This document shows positions 1 through 9,751 of a stretch of DNA of 64,000 bases, in pieces. Every line of letters begins with the position of its first letter. Within the stretch, counting starts at the first letter, position 1. The notes beneath the pieces are model-generated. The model was not told where the DNA came from, searched no databases, and worked only from the letters and a program-made list of their open reading frames with translations. The translations under genes and the position numbers were made by a program. Origin of the DNA: an uncultured Acidobacteriota bacterium (GTDB lineage Bacteria > Acidobacteriota > Vicinamibacteria > Vicinamibacterales > UBA8438); assembly GCA_913043225.1 (NCBI GenBank), contig CAJWLU010000003.1, positions 96,001-160,000 on the forward strand, read 5' to 3'.

Positions 1-1016
1 CGTTCCTTACGTGCGTGCCCTACAAGATCACGGCCGGCGCCGACGTCTCGGCGGCGGTATCAATGGACCAGCTCGCCGCCCGAGAGCTGGCTAAGGAGAC
101 CCAGATCTCCTCGCTCGAACTTGGGATCGAGTCGAACGCCATGGTTGGCAACTGCGATGGTGGGGCGAGCTGCGCCTACACCAACACCATCGCCTGGCGG
201 ACGCCTACTACCCCGCTGCCGATAGAGAACGACCCGCGAGCCGTGTTCGAGCGTCTGTTCGGGACGACCGGGAGCACGGATCCGGCTGCGAGACAGGCGC
301 GCCTGGAGCGGGACCGTAGCATTCTCGATCTGGTGAACGAGGAGCTCGCCGGACTGGAACGCGTGATCGGGCCAGGAGATCGGCTGAAGCTCGACGAGTA
401 CCTGGAGTCGGTGCGGGACATCGAACGTCGCATCTCAATGGCCGAGGAGCAGAGTGCCCGCGAGCTACCGGTGGTCGACCAACCCGTCGGAGTGCCCGGT
501 GACTACGCTGAGCACGCGAAGCTGCAGATGGACCTGCTGGCGCTGGCGTATCAGACCGACCTGACCCGGGTCAGTACCTTCATGCTGGCGCGTGAGGTCA
601 GCGGCCGTGCCTATCCTGAGATCGGCGTGCCCGATTCCCACCACCCGCTCTCGCACCATCAAGACGAGCCGGCGAAGTTGGAACGGTTGCACAAGATCAA
701 CGAGTTCCATCTGCAGCAATTTGCCTATCTGGTGGAGAAGATGGACACCCTGCCGGAAGGTGACGGAAGCCTCCTGGATTCGACCCTCTTCATGTACGGC
801 ACCGGTATCAGCGACAGCAACACGCACTTCCACGACGATCTTCCGATCGCCCTGGTGGGTGGGCGCTCGGCCGGCATCCGGGGCGGGCGCTACGTCCGCT
901 ACGCGGAGGACACCCCGCTCGCGAATCTCCACGTATCGATCCTGGAGATGCTGGGGGTTCCGGTCGAGGCGCTGGGCGACAGCACCGGGAAACTGGATCG
1001 ACTGACGAATTTATGA
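1..1016 (+). CDS. DUF1552-family protein (5' truncated by window edge)
   Basis: Frame is open from the window start. SMDQLAA, LELGIE, GNCDGGASCAYTNTIAW, PRAVFERLFG, SHHPLSHH and GDSTG match the two complete paralogs at 23243 and 36042. Confidence 0.9.
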   Translation, partial: FLTCVPYKITAGADVSAAVSMDQLAARELAKETQISSLELGIESNAMVGNCDGGASCAYTNTIAWRTPTTPLPIENDPRAVFERLFGTTGSTDPAARQARLERDRSILDLVNEELAGLERVIGPGDRLKLDEYLESVRDIERRISMAEEQSARELPVVDQPVGVPGDYAEHAKLQMDLLALAYQTDLTRVSTFMLAREVSGRAYPEIGVPDSHHPLSHHQDEPAKLERLHKINEFHLQQFAYLVEKMDTLPEGDGSLLDSTLFMYGTGISDSNTHFHDDLPIALVGGRSAGIRGGRYVRYAEDTPLANLHVSILEMLGVPVEALGDSTGKLDRLTNL

Positions 1017-1462
1017 TCGCCGTCCGCCGTGTCGCCGCGCTGCTCGTTGCGGGGCTGGGGTTGGCCGCGGCGGCGGCCGCCCAGACCGCCTATCCGATTT
1101 TCACTCCGGACCATCTCGACGCGACGATGAAGACGCTGGGGCCGAATGTGGCCGGAGTGCACGCGGCGATCAGGGCTGGCGACATGACATTGGCCAAGGA
1201 GCGGGCCATCCGTAGCCGAGAGCAACTCGCGACCACCATAACGTTCTGGCGTGATCGGGGCCGTGATGATGCGGTCCGGATTCTGCGAGTCACGTTGCGG
1301 GCGTTCGACACACTCGATACCGCTTTGTCCCAGACGCCGGCCGACCCGGCCGCGGTGGATGCCGCCAACGGAACCGTAGGCGGTGGGTGCACCGCTTGCC
1401 ACGCGATCTACAGGCAGGGTGAAGATGGAGATTATCGGTTGAACGAGGCCGCGCTACGATGA
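1013..1462 (+). CDS. Periplasmic cytochrome c'-like (four-helix, class II) c-type cytochrome
   Basis: Sec signal ending AAA-Q; single CxxCH (CTACH) near the C-terminus followed by xYR, typical of cytochrome c'/c556; ATGA overlap with the upstream gene. Confidence 0.75.
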   Translation: MIAVRRVAALLVAGLGLAAAAAAQTAYPIFTPDHLDATMKTLGPNVAGVHAAIRAGDMTLAKERAIRSREQLATTITFWRDRGRDDAVRILRVTLRAFDTLDTALSQTPADPAAVDAANGTVGGGCTACHAIYRQGEDGDYRLNEAALR

Positions 1463-2739
1463 CGGGGATGGCAATGAGACTACAGATTGGGTTCGTGCTT
1501 CTGGTGCTGGCCGTGGGATGTGCTCCGGCGGACGACGCCGCAACTGACGATGGGGCGATGGCGGAGACCGCCGACGGGGCGCCGGTGGATCCGGTCGCGG
1601 TCCGGCCGTTCATGATCGACGTGCCCCAGATGGTGCTCGACGACCTCCAGACAAGGCTCGAACAGACACGGCTGCCTGACCAGCTCGACGGTGCGGGGTG
1701 GGACTATGGAACCGAGCTCGATTACTTCACCGAGTTCCTGACCTACTGGCGCGACGAGTTCGACTGGCGCGCCGCCGAGGCCCGGTTGAATGAGTTCGAT
1801 CAGTTTAAGACGGTACTGGACGGGCTCGATACTCACTTCATTCATCAGCGGTCGCCCGAGCCGGATGCCATGCCGATCATCATCACTCACGGGTGGCCTG
1901 GGTCGATCGCCGAGTTCACGAAGATCATCGGTCCGCTGACCGACCCGGTGGCTCACGGTGGCGATGCGGCCGACGCGTTTCACGTCGTCGCGCCGTCGAT
2001 GCCGGGCTACGGGTTCTCGGACAAGCCGACCCAGCGCGGCTTTGGCCCCGAGCAGATCGCCGAGGTGGGCGCCGCATTGATGGAACGGTTGGGATACGAC
2101 CGCTACGGGATCCAGGGCGGCGACTGGGGCTCGATCGTCAGCCGGTGGCACGCATTCAACTATCCGGACCGGGCGCTCGGTCTCCACCTGAACATGCTGG
2201 TGGGAGGACGCCCACCGGAAGGCGAAGATCCGTCGAGTCCCGAAGAGATCGAGCGGGCGCGGTCACGTTCGTCGTTCTACAACACGGCGGAGAACGCGTA
2301 CGCGCAGATCCAGGGCACGAAGCCCCAGACGGTCGGCTATGCCCTGCACGATTCGCCGTCGGGCCAAGCGGCCTGGATCGTCGAGAAGTTCAGGGCCTGG
2401 TGTGATTGTGACGGTGACGCCGGGTCGGTCTTCACCCGTGACGAGCTGCTGACCAACATCATGATCTACTGGGTGACCGGCACCGCCACCTCGTCGGCCC
2501 GCCTCTACTACGAGAGCGGGAACGCCCCGACATCTCGCCCGATGGGGTACATCGAGGTGCCGACTGGCGCGGCCATCTTCCCCTACGAGCTCTTCATCAC
2601 TCCCCGCGCCTGGGCCGAGACCGCCTACAACATCGTGCACTGGACCGAGATGGAGCGCGGAGGCCACTTTGCGGCCATGGAGCAGCCCGAGGCGTTCGTG
2701 GAGGACCTCCGCACGTTCTTCCGGCCGCTACGAGACTGA
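1459..2739 (+). CDS. Epoxide hydrolase (EHN N-terminal domain + alpha/beta hydrolase), predicted lipoprotein
   Basis: FDWRAAEARLN, HGWPGS, PSMPGYGFS, GGDWG nucleophile motif, GGHFAAMEQP; lipobox-like LAVG-C. Confidence 0.92.
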   Translation: MTGMAMRLQIGFVLLVLAVGCAPADDAATDDGAMAETADGAPVDPVAVRPFMIDVPQMVLDDLQTRLEQTRLPDQLDGAGWDYGTELDYFTEFLTYWRDEFDWRAAEARLNEFDQFKTVLDGLDTHFIHQRSPEPDAMPIIITHGWPGSIAEFTKIIGPLTDPVAHGGDAADAFHVVAPSMPGYGFSDKPTQRGFGPEQIAEVGAALMERLGYDRYGIQGGDWGSIVSRWHAFNYPDRALGLHLNMLVGGRPPEGEDPSSPEEIERARSRSSFYNTAENAYAQIQGTKPQTVGYALHDSPSGQAAWIVEKFRAWCDCDGDAGSVFTRDELLTNIMIYWVTGTATSSARLYYESGNAPTSRPMGYIEVPTGAAIFPYELFITPRAWAETAYNIVHWTEMERGGHFAAMEQPEAFVEDLRTFFRPLRD

Positions 2740-2748
2740 GGGTGCGCG

Positions 2749-3822
2749 ATGACGATGAGCCGATCGCCGAAGGTGCACGATAGCCACGGTGTTTCCCGGC
2801 GGGTCTTTCTCGGGGCGCTCGGCGCCGCGGCGGTGGCGCCGCGTGGGTTCGCACAGGGTGGGCCTCCGATTCCGGTCACGTCGATCAACCACATGACGAT
2901 CAACGTCACAGATCCCGCGCGGTCGCTCAAGTGGTACCAGGGGCTCTTCGGGACGCCGATCGCGGCGCGTCAGGCCGACACCGTGGTCTTGCGAGTGGGT
3001 GACGGGCCGCAGTTTCTCGCGATCGGTGGTGGCGCGAGCGACAACCCGCGTATCAACCATTTGTGTTTGGAGACGCCAGGGTTCGATGCGGATCGGATAG
3101 TGGGCATTCTCGAAGATCACGGCGTGTCGTCCGAACGGATGTCTGGCCCGATGTCGGTGCGGGTGCGGATGCGTGGCGCCGAGTTCGGGGGTGCTCCCGA
3201 AGGTACGCCGGAGCTCTACTTCGGCGATCCGGATGGGTTGGTGATCCAGTTGCAGGATTCGACCTACTGTGGCGGGGCCGGCGTGATGGGGGAGGAATGC
3301 CTCTCGACGCCCGAGCTGGCGCCGACCGCTGGACTACTCTCGCTTGGCGAGTACAACCATTTTACGCTGTTCGTGACTGATGCCGAGCGTTCGATTGCGC
3401 TTTATCAGCGGCTATTTGGCATGCCGATCGACACCTACCAGGGCGCACTTCCGGTGCTGCGGGTCGGGCAAGGCCGGCAGTTTCTCGCGTTGGCTGGTGC
3501 TGGCCGCGGTCCGACCGGGCCGATCATCCACCACGCTAGCCTGAGCGTGGCGGACTTCGACGTCGACCGGATCTTCGGCGTGTTGGAGGACTACGGGCTT
3601 GAGGTCCTGGGTGAGGGTGGGGCTGCGAGTGGTCCGTTACAGACGTACGTGACTATGCGGGGGCCGGAGAGGGGCGGCGCCGAGGGTGGCACGCCCGAGC
3701 TGTACTTCACCGATCCTGACGGGATCCTGATTCAGCTCCAGGATCCTAGCTACTGCGGTGGGAACGGCTATCTCGGTGAGGACTGCGGTACGGTCGAGAA
3801 CCCGACCGGTCGCAACGCGTGA
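2749..3822 (+). CDS. Tat-exported VOC/glyoxalase-family protein with two tandem domains
   Basis: SRRVFLG twin-arginine motif; two copies of NHxT...H...ELYFxDPDGxxIQLQD-x2-YCGGxGxxGExC. Confidence 0.85.
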   Translation: MTMSRSPKVHDSHGVSRRVFLGALGAAAVAPRGFAQGGPPIPVTSINHMTINVTDPARSLKWYQGLFGTPIAARQADTVVLRVGDGPQFLAIGGGASDNPRINHLCLETPGFDADRIVGILEDHGVSSERMSGPMSVRVRMRGAEFGGAPEGTPELYFGDPDGLVIQLQDSTYCGGAGVMGEECLSTPELAPTAGLLSLGEYNHFTLFVTDAERSIALYQRLFGMPIDTYQGALPVLRVGQGRQFLALAGAGRGPTGPIIHHASLSVADFDVDRIFGVLEDYGLEVLGEGGAASGPLQTYVTMRGPERGGAEGGTPELYFTDPDGILIQLQDPSYCGGNGYLGEDCGTVENPTGRNA

Positions 3823-3868
3823 GCACCGGGGTGGGAACGACGATCGCCGGCGGGGAGAGGATGAGGCG

Positions 3869-4597
3869 ATGACGGTGCCGTTCGGTGGACTAGCGGGATG
3901 GGCGTTCTGGTTGGCTGCGGCCGGCGCCGTCTTGGTGATAGGCGGGCCGGTCTTGCATCGGCTTGGTGTCTTGGGACTCGGCCCGGCGTTGCTGGCCGTG
4001 CCGCTCGGGGGGTTCCTGTCGTTGCTGGCCGTGATTCTCACGGCGTTCATCTTCGTCGGCGGGCGCCCGATGCCGGCTGGTCGGACGCCGACCCTCGCGG
4101 CCGCCGGGCTCGCCATCCTCACCGGCGTCGTGCCCTTGATGCTGGTGGTGCCCGGTTTCGGCGTGCCTCAGATCCATGACATTACGACCGACCCGGACGA
4201 TCCCCCGCGGTTCCTGGCGGTGATGCCGCTCCGGGGTGAGACCGCCAACTCTCTCGATTACCCGCCCGAGACGGCTCGCGCTCAGCGTGAGGGCTATTCC
4301 GACCTGAGCACGGTCACGATGTCCGGCGAGCCGGCGGCCCTGGTCGAGCGCTCGCGTGAGGTTGCTGCCGAACTAGGGTGGGACATCGTCGATGTCGACC
4401 CGGAGGGAGGGCGCCTTGAGGCGTCAGAGACGACTTTCTGGTTCGGGTTCATCGACGATGTCGTGGTTCGTATCCGTCCCGCTGGCGGGGGAAGCGAAAT
4501 CGACGTCAGATCAGTTTCCAGGGTCGGTGTCAGCGACCTTGGTGCTAACGCGGCCAGAATCCGCCGCTTTATCGACCGTCTCCAGTCCAGCTCCTAG
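3869..4597 (+). CDS. DUF1499-domain membrane protein
   Basis: Three N-terminal TM segments, IHDITTD, TTFWFGFIDDVVVRIR, DVRSVSRVGVSDLGANAARI. Start moved to the ATG at 3869, behind a purine-rich RBS. Confidence 0.88.
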   Translation: MTVPFGGLAGWAFWLAAAGAVLVIGGPVLHRLGVLGLGPALLAVPLGGFLSLLAVILTAFIFVGGRPMPAGRTPTLAAAGLAILTGVVPLMLVVPGFGVPQIHDITTDPDDPPRFLAVMPLRGETANSLDYPPETARAQREGYSDLSTVTMSGEPAALVERSREVAAELGWDIVDVDPEGGRLEASETTFWFGFIDDVVVRIRPAGGGSEIDVRSVSRVGVSDLGANAARIRRFIDRLQSSS

Positions 4598-4814
4598 TAC
4601 TCCCATGGGGCTTCGCCCCAAACCCCACGCGGCGCTAACGGGCGGAACGTTTGACCCCGCGTGCCTCTCGCAGGATGTCCCGCAACCCCCGGTTTCCCTC
4701 ATGACGGGCGAACCGGTTGCGTTGTCTGGGGAGCGGCATTGTGCTCCCGAGGTGTCGGGCTATCCCCCGAGGGTGATTCCGGGGCAGAATAGCGGACCGA
4801 ACACGGGCTTCCGC

Positions 4815-5153
4815 ATGCGATGCAGTGATGAGCGGGTCGAAGGGGATGTCGTGGTCCTGTCGTTGGCGGTCCAGGGGCTGGGTGACTTGGCGGCTGGCGT
4901 CACAGAGTGGGTGCGAGATCTCGCCTCTGACGGCCATCGCCGGTTCGTGTTGAATCTCGACGGGCTGGCGGGGCTGGACAGCCATGCGCTTGGCGATCTG
5001 GTGGCCAGCCAGCAGGCGGCGGAGACGGTGGGTGCCCGGGTGGCGCTCTGCAAAGTCCATCCCTATGTGTCCGAGCCGCTGGCGATTATGAACGTGGCTT
5101 CGCTCTTCGACACCTTCGAGACGGTGCAGGACGCCGTCCGCGGTCTTTCCTGA
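4815..5153 (+). CDS. STAS-domain anti-sigma factor antagonist
   Basis: VLNLDGLAGLDSHALGDLV (STAS DS motif) and FDTFETVQDAV. The real start is probably the ATG at 4815, not 4392. Confidence 0.8.
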   Translation: MRCSDERVEGDVVVLSLAVQGLGDLAAGVTEWVRDLASDGHRRFVLNLDGLAGLDSHALGDLVASQQAAETVGARVALCKVHPYVSEPLAIMNVASLFDTFETVQDAVRGLS

Positions 5154-5170
5154 CCACCTGGCGTCCGGCG

Positions 5171-6970
5171 ATGTCCTTTCCAGACTTGCGCGCGTTCCTC
5201 GACCAACTCCGCCGTGACGGCGATCTCGTCGAGGTGGGGGCCGAGGTCGATCCTGTCCAGGAGGCGGCCGAGATCCATCGCCGGGTAGTGGCGGCTGGGG
5301 GGCCGGCGCTGCTGTTTACCCGTCCCTCCGGTGCGGACTTCCCGCTGGTCACCAACCTGTTCGGCACGGCTCGGCGAGCTGAGCTCGCGTTCGGCGAGCG
5401 GCCACAGGGGTTCATCCGGCGACTGGTCGAGACGGTCGAGACGGCGCTACCACCAACCATCGGGAGTCTCTGGGGCGCGCGGGACGTCGCGGCCCAGGTG
5501 CTGAAGGTCGGCCTCCGCCGAGGCCGGCGAGGACCGGTGACCGAAGTAGTCACCGACGACGTGCGGCTGGACCGTCTGCCGGCGTTGACGACGTGGCCCG
5601 AGGATGGCGGCCCTTTCATCACGCTGCCGCTGGTCTTCACTGAGCATCCCGATGGTCGAGGACACAACCTCGGCATGTATCGACTGCAGGTGCACGATGC
5701 CACCGCAACCGGCATGCATTGGCAGATTGGCAAGGGCGGCGGATTTCACTACCGGGTGGCCGAGGGCCGTGGCGAGTCGCTTCCGGTCACGGTGTTTCTC
5801 GGCGGTCCGCCGGCGTTGACGCTGGCCGCCATCGCGCCACTGCCCGAGAACGTACCGGAGTTGTTACTGGCGTCGTTGATCGCCGGTGAGCGACTCGGCC
5901 TGGTTGAGGGTGTGGGTCCGCACCCCTTGGTCGCCCGCGCGGAGTTCGCGCTCATGGGCAGCGTCGCTCCCCTCATCCGCCGCCCGGAGGGTCCCTTCGG
6001 CGATCACTACGGCTACTACTCACTAACGCACGATTATCCGGTCTTCCAAGTATCGAGGATCGCACGTCGCCGTGACGCGATCTTCCCTGCCACGGTCGTG
6101 GGCAAGCCTCGTCAGGAGGACTTCTTCATTGGCGACTTGCTGCAGGATCTCCTTTCCCCGCTGTTCCCGCTGGTGATGCCAGGCGTGACGGACCTCTGGT
6201 CCTACGGCGAAACGGGCTATCACTCCTTGTCGGCGGCGGTCGTGAAGCAGCGGTATGCGCGCGAGGCGATGGCGAGTGCATTCCGTATCCTGGGCGAGGG
6301 GCAGCTGTCACTGACCAAGTTTCTGCTCGTTACTGACCAGCCGGTCGACCTGAAGGACTTCAGAGCGACGCTCGAGCATCTGCTGGCCAGGACCAATACC
6401 GAGACGGACCTTTACGTGTTCTCCAATTTGTCCATGGACACCCTGGACTACACCGGTCCGGAGGTAAACCTGGGGTCGAAGGGGATCTGGCTGGGACTTG
6501 GCGAGCCCGTGCGTTCGCTCCCGGAACAATTCTCGGCATCGGAGCTGCCGTCCGGTTGCGGGTCGGTGGAGGTTTTCTGCCGAGGGTGCCTCGTCGTTGG
6601 GGGCCCGCCGAAGGCCGATGATCCGGACCTGGCTAGTCGGGTCGCCAGCCATCCGGCCTTCGCCGACTGGCCCCTGGTGGTGTTGACCGACGAGCCGGCA
6701 CGGGCGGTCCGAAGCGCGATGAATTTCCTGTGGACGACCTTCACCCGGTTCGAGCCGGCCGCCGACGTGCATGCGGCAGCAACCCGGGTTGTTCGTAATC
6801 ATCTGGTGTACACCGCGCCGATCGTGATCGACGCTCGTCTCGCGCCTAGCTTCCCCGGGGAGTTGCACTGCGATCCGGAGGTCGCTGATACGGTGTCGAC
6901 CCGCTGGAAGGAGTACTTTCCTGATGGCCGGGTCGAGATGGGCGACGCCGAGCGCGGCCACCTCGATTGA
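5171..6970 (+). CDS. UbiD-family (prFMN-dependent) decarboxylase
   Basis: WPEDGGPFITLP, NLGMYRLQ, EGPFGDHYGYY, GKPRQED; C-terminal extension. Substrate not determinable. Confidence 0.93.
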   Translation: MSFPDLRAFLDQLRRDGDLVEVGAEVDPVQEAAEIHRRVVAAGGPALLFTRPSGADFPLVTNLFGTARRAELAFGERPQGFIRRLVETVETALPPTIGSLWGARDVAAQVLKVGLRRGRRGPVTEVVTDDVRLDRLPALTTWPEDGGPFITLPLVFTEHPDGRGHNLGMYRLQVHDATATGMHWQIGKGGGFHYRVAEGRGESLPVTVFLGGPPALTLAAIAPLPENVPELLLASLIAGERLGLVEGVGPHPLVARAEFALMGSVAPLIRRPEGPFGDHYGYYSLTHDYPVFQVSRIARRRDAIFPATVVGKPRQEDFFIGDLLQDLLSPLFPLVMPGVTDLWSYGETGYHSLSAAVVKQRYAREAMASAFRILGEGQLSLTKFLLVTDQPVDLKDFRATLEHLLARTNTETDLYVFSNLSMDTLDYTGPEVNLGSKGIWLGLGEPVRSLPEQFSASELPSGCGSVEVFCRGCLVVGGPPKADDPDLASRVASHPAFADWPLVVLTDEPARAVRSAMNFLWTTFTRFEPAADVHAAATRVVRNHLVYTAPIVIDARLAPSFPGELHCDPEVADTVSTRWKEYFPDGRVEMGDAERGHLD

Positions 6971-7011
6971 TCCGGCTGGACAACCCCAAGCGCCGGCAGT
7001 AGGGTCGATAC

Positions 7012-7503
7012 ATGGGTGCGCTCGCGATCCGCACGGTTCTAGTCACGGCCGGATTCCTTGCCGCGCTGGTTGGTTCGGCAGCCGCACAGCAGGATCTGGA
7101 GATCGAGAACCTTGAGGGGGTTCGCGAAGTCAACGTCGTGGTCGAGGATCTGGCCGACGACGCTGAGGATGCCGGTCTGACCCGCCGGGGCCTGCAGAAC
7201 GCCGCCGAGGCAGCGCTCGAGGGCTGTGGCATCGAGATCGGCGGAAGCTCAGCCGACCTGTACATCAACGTCGCCACGCACCAGGGGGCGACCGGACTCT
7301 ACGCCTACTATGCCCGGGTATCTCTCCAGCAGATGGCGACGATCGAGGGCAACCAGCTCCGTGCGCTGCTTGATACGTGGGATATGGCGAGCCTGGGCGC
7401 GGTTGGTGGCGCCAATCTCCCGCAGGTCGAGGGCGTGGTTGTGCAGCTCGTGGAGCTGTTTTGCGACCAGTACTTCGAGATTAACGAGCCACGCGCGCGG
7501 TGA
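7012..7503 (+). CDS. Secreted hypothetical protein
   Basis: Signal peptide (AAA-Q); host-like codon usage; co-oriented with neighbours. Confidence 0.7.
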   Translation: MGALAIRTVLVTAGFLAALVGSAAAQQDLEIENLEGVREVNVVVEDLADDAEDAGLTRRGLQNAAEAALEGCGIEIGGSSADLYINVATHQGATGLYAYYARVSLQQMATIEGNQLRALLDTWDMASLGAVGGANLPQVEGVVVQLVELFCDQYFEINEPRAR

Positions 7504-7606
7504 GTCGAGCGTCCGTCGAACCTTTTGAGGCGCTATGATTGTCTTCATTGAGAGTTGTGCGACGCTGGCGACGTTTGTTCACCGCCTTTCATTGACGGAG
7601 AGATTC

Positions 7607-8926
7607 ATGCTGAATCATGGTGTGGCCTTGGCCCTCGCGCTGGCGGTTGTCGTTGGTGTCCCGTCGTTCGGTGTGGCTCAGGAAGTTACCTTTACCGCAC
7701 ACGTTGCTCCGATCTTCTTTGAGAATTGCACGACCTGCCATCGACCGGGCCAGGTAGGGCCGATGTCCCTGCTGACCTACGAAGACGCGCGCCCGTGGGC
7801 TCGTTCGATCAAGCAGAAGGTGGCGGACCGGGACATGCCTCCGTGGGACGCCGACCCAGCGGTTGGCACGTTCGCCAACGACCGGAGCTTGAGCGACGAC
7901 GAGATCGAGACGATCATCGCTTGGGCCGACGCCGGGGCTCCCCGCGGTGACGCGGCGGTCACGCCGGCCGCGCCGTCGTATGCGGACAGCCACTGGACGA
8001 TCGGCGAGCCGGATGCGGTGTTTAGTATTCCGCCGTTCGAAGTGCCAGCCGAGGGGACGGTCGACTACACCTATTTCGAGGTGCCGACCAATCTGACCGA
8101 GGATAAATGGGTTCAGGCGATCGAAGTCAAGCCGGGTGCGATGGCCGCAGTCCACCATATCATCGTCACCCAGCGTGCCGAGTTGAGTGAGGAAGAGATC
8201 GCCGAGCTGCGTCACTTTGACCCGGGCATCCGGCTCGACCGCGAACTGCTGCCGGGACGCGAGATCGAGTGGAATCCCGGCGTGGTCCAGCTCGAGGGGC
8301 GGGGCAAGGGAACCCCCCTTGGCGGCACGACCGTGGGTAACGATGGTGTCTCGGTGTTCCAACTGGGTACGGCGCGACGGCTCCGGGCCGGTACGACGCT
8401 GGTGTTCGAGGTGCACTACACCCCGACCGGAGAGACCCACATCGACGAGTCGAAGATAGGGCTCGTGTTCACCGATGAGCCGCCGACCCAGACCGTTATG
8501 GACGGCGCTATTGTGCACGGCCAGTTCACGATTCCGCCCGGCGAGGCCAACTACAAGATCGAGGCGGATCTGACCTTCTCCAAGGACGCCAAGCTGCTCA
8601 ATCTGTTGCCGCATTCGCACCTGCGCGGCGTGCGTTGGGACTACGAGGCGGTGTATCCGGACGGGCGTCGCCAGGCAATCCTCTCGGTGCCGAGCTACGA
8701 CTTCAACTGGCAGATCGACTACATCTTCGACGAGCCGATCACGATGCCTGCCGGCTCGAAGATCCACGCCGTGGCGTACTACGACAACTCAGCGGCCAAC
8801 CGCTCGAACCCCGATCCGACGGCGGAAGTGCGCTGGGGCGAGCAGACCGACGAAGAGATGTTCTTCACCGCCCTGTCCTACCTGCTCGATGAGGAGGACG
8901 CGGAGGAGACGCAGCAGGAGCAGTAG
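7607..8926 (+). CDS. Heme-c-fused copper type II (PHM/DBH-like) monooxygenase-domain protein
   Basis: Signal peptide; CTTCH...MPPW cytochrome domain; VHHI, EVHY, PHSHLRG and EEM match the CuH/CuM ligand pattern; YDFNWQ. Start at ATG 7607 after GGAG. Confidence 0.8.
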   Translation: MLNHGVALALALAVVVGVPSFGVAQEVTFTAHVAPIFFENCTTCHRPGQVGPMSLLTYEDARPWARSIKQKVADRDMPPWDADPAVGTFANDRSLSDDEIETIIAWADAGAPRGDAAVTPAAPSYADSHWTIGEPDAVFSIPPFEVPAEGTVDYTYFEVPTNLTEDKWVQAIEVKPGAMAAVHHIIVTQRAELSEEEIAELRHFDPGIRLDRELLPGREIEWNPGVVQLEGRGKGTPLGGTTVGNDGVSVFQLGTARRLRAGTTLVFEVHYTPTGETHIDESKIGLVFTDEPPTQTVMDGAIVHGQFTIPPGEANYKIEADLTFSKDAKLLNLLPHSHLRGVRWDYEAVYPDGRRQAILSVPSYDFNWQIDYIFDEPITMPAGSKIHAVAYYDNSAANRSNPDPTAEVRWGEQTDEEMFFTALSYLLDEEDAEETQQEQ

Positions 8927-8946
8927 GTTATCTGCTGGCATGTCTT

Positions 8947-8986
8947 AGGGCCGTGTCGGTCATTGGACCGCACGGCCCTTTTCTTG
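8947..8986 (+). terminator. Rho-independent terminator
   Basis: AGGGCCGTG-t-CGGTC-attg-GACCG-CACGGCCCT followed by TTTCTT, 20 nt after the stop at 8926. Confidence 0.75.
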
Positions 8987-9162
8987 TGCGGCGTCGTCTG
9001 CCGGATGGAATAACCGACGCCGGGTCCTAGTCTCCTTCTATAGCAATGGACGACGCCCTGGCGTTGCCTGTTGCCGGGCGCCGCAAGACGGCATGCTACT
9101 CGGTTCGAACTCAAGATACTCGATGCGGGACTCGGAGCCCGCTCGCTCTCAAGGAGGCGACG

Positions 9163-9696
9163 ATGTTGGCAAACTGGAGAAACCGACGTTGGTTGGTGAC
9201 GACCGGTGTGATCGCGGTCCTGGGGATGTTCACGGCGGTAGATGTCGCCCTGAGCCAGCCGCCTGAAGGTCGAAGTCGGTCAGGGCGGATGATGCGCGGT
9301 CCTGGTGGGCTCAGCGGTGGAATGGGGCTCCCGCTCGGCCGTCTAGACCTCACCGAGGATCAACGCACGCAGGTCCGGAACGTGCTGGACCAAAACCGGG
9401 CCGCGACGCGCGAGGCCGAGGCGCGCGTCTATGCCGCGCGCGGCGCACTCTCTGATGCGGTTAACGCGGAGGTGCTGAACGAGGGCGCGATCCGTGCCGT
9501 CGCGAGTGAGCTCGGTCTGTCCGAGGGAGAGGCGGCGATCCAGCGGGCCTATGTGAGGAGTCAGCTTTGGCAGCTGCTGACTCCAAACCAGCAAGCGGTG
9601 GCACTCAAAACCCAGGCCGAAATCGAGGAACGACAGGATCACCGCCGAGAGCGGATGCGTGAGCGCCGGGGGCGCCGTCGGGGCGCGGACCAGTAG
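9163..9696 (+). CDS. Spy/CpxP-family periplasmic chaperone
   Basis: AAGGAGG RBS; signal peptide; Gly/Met-rich linker; two LTxxQ motifs (LTEDQ, LTPNQ). Confidence 0.88.
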   Translation: MLANWRNRRWLVTTGVIAVLGMFTAVDVALSQPPEGRSRSGRMMRGPGGLSGGMGLPLGRLDLTEDQRTQVRNVLDQNRAATREAEARVYAARGALSDAVNAEVLNEGAIRAVASELGLSEGEAAIQRAYVRSQLWQLLTPNQQAVALKTQAEIEERQDHRRERMRERRGRRRGADQ

Positions 9697-9751
9697 CACT
9701 CCATCGATTCACCAGCGGGGGACGCAGGCATATGCCGCGTCGCCCGCTGGC

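Noticed and set aside
7589..8767. Long antisense ORFs (also 12766-14007, 29807-31282, 23282-24127, 60838-61764)
   Set aside because: Shadows of well-supported genes on the opposite strand, common in high-GC DNA; no motifs.
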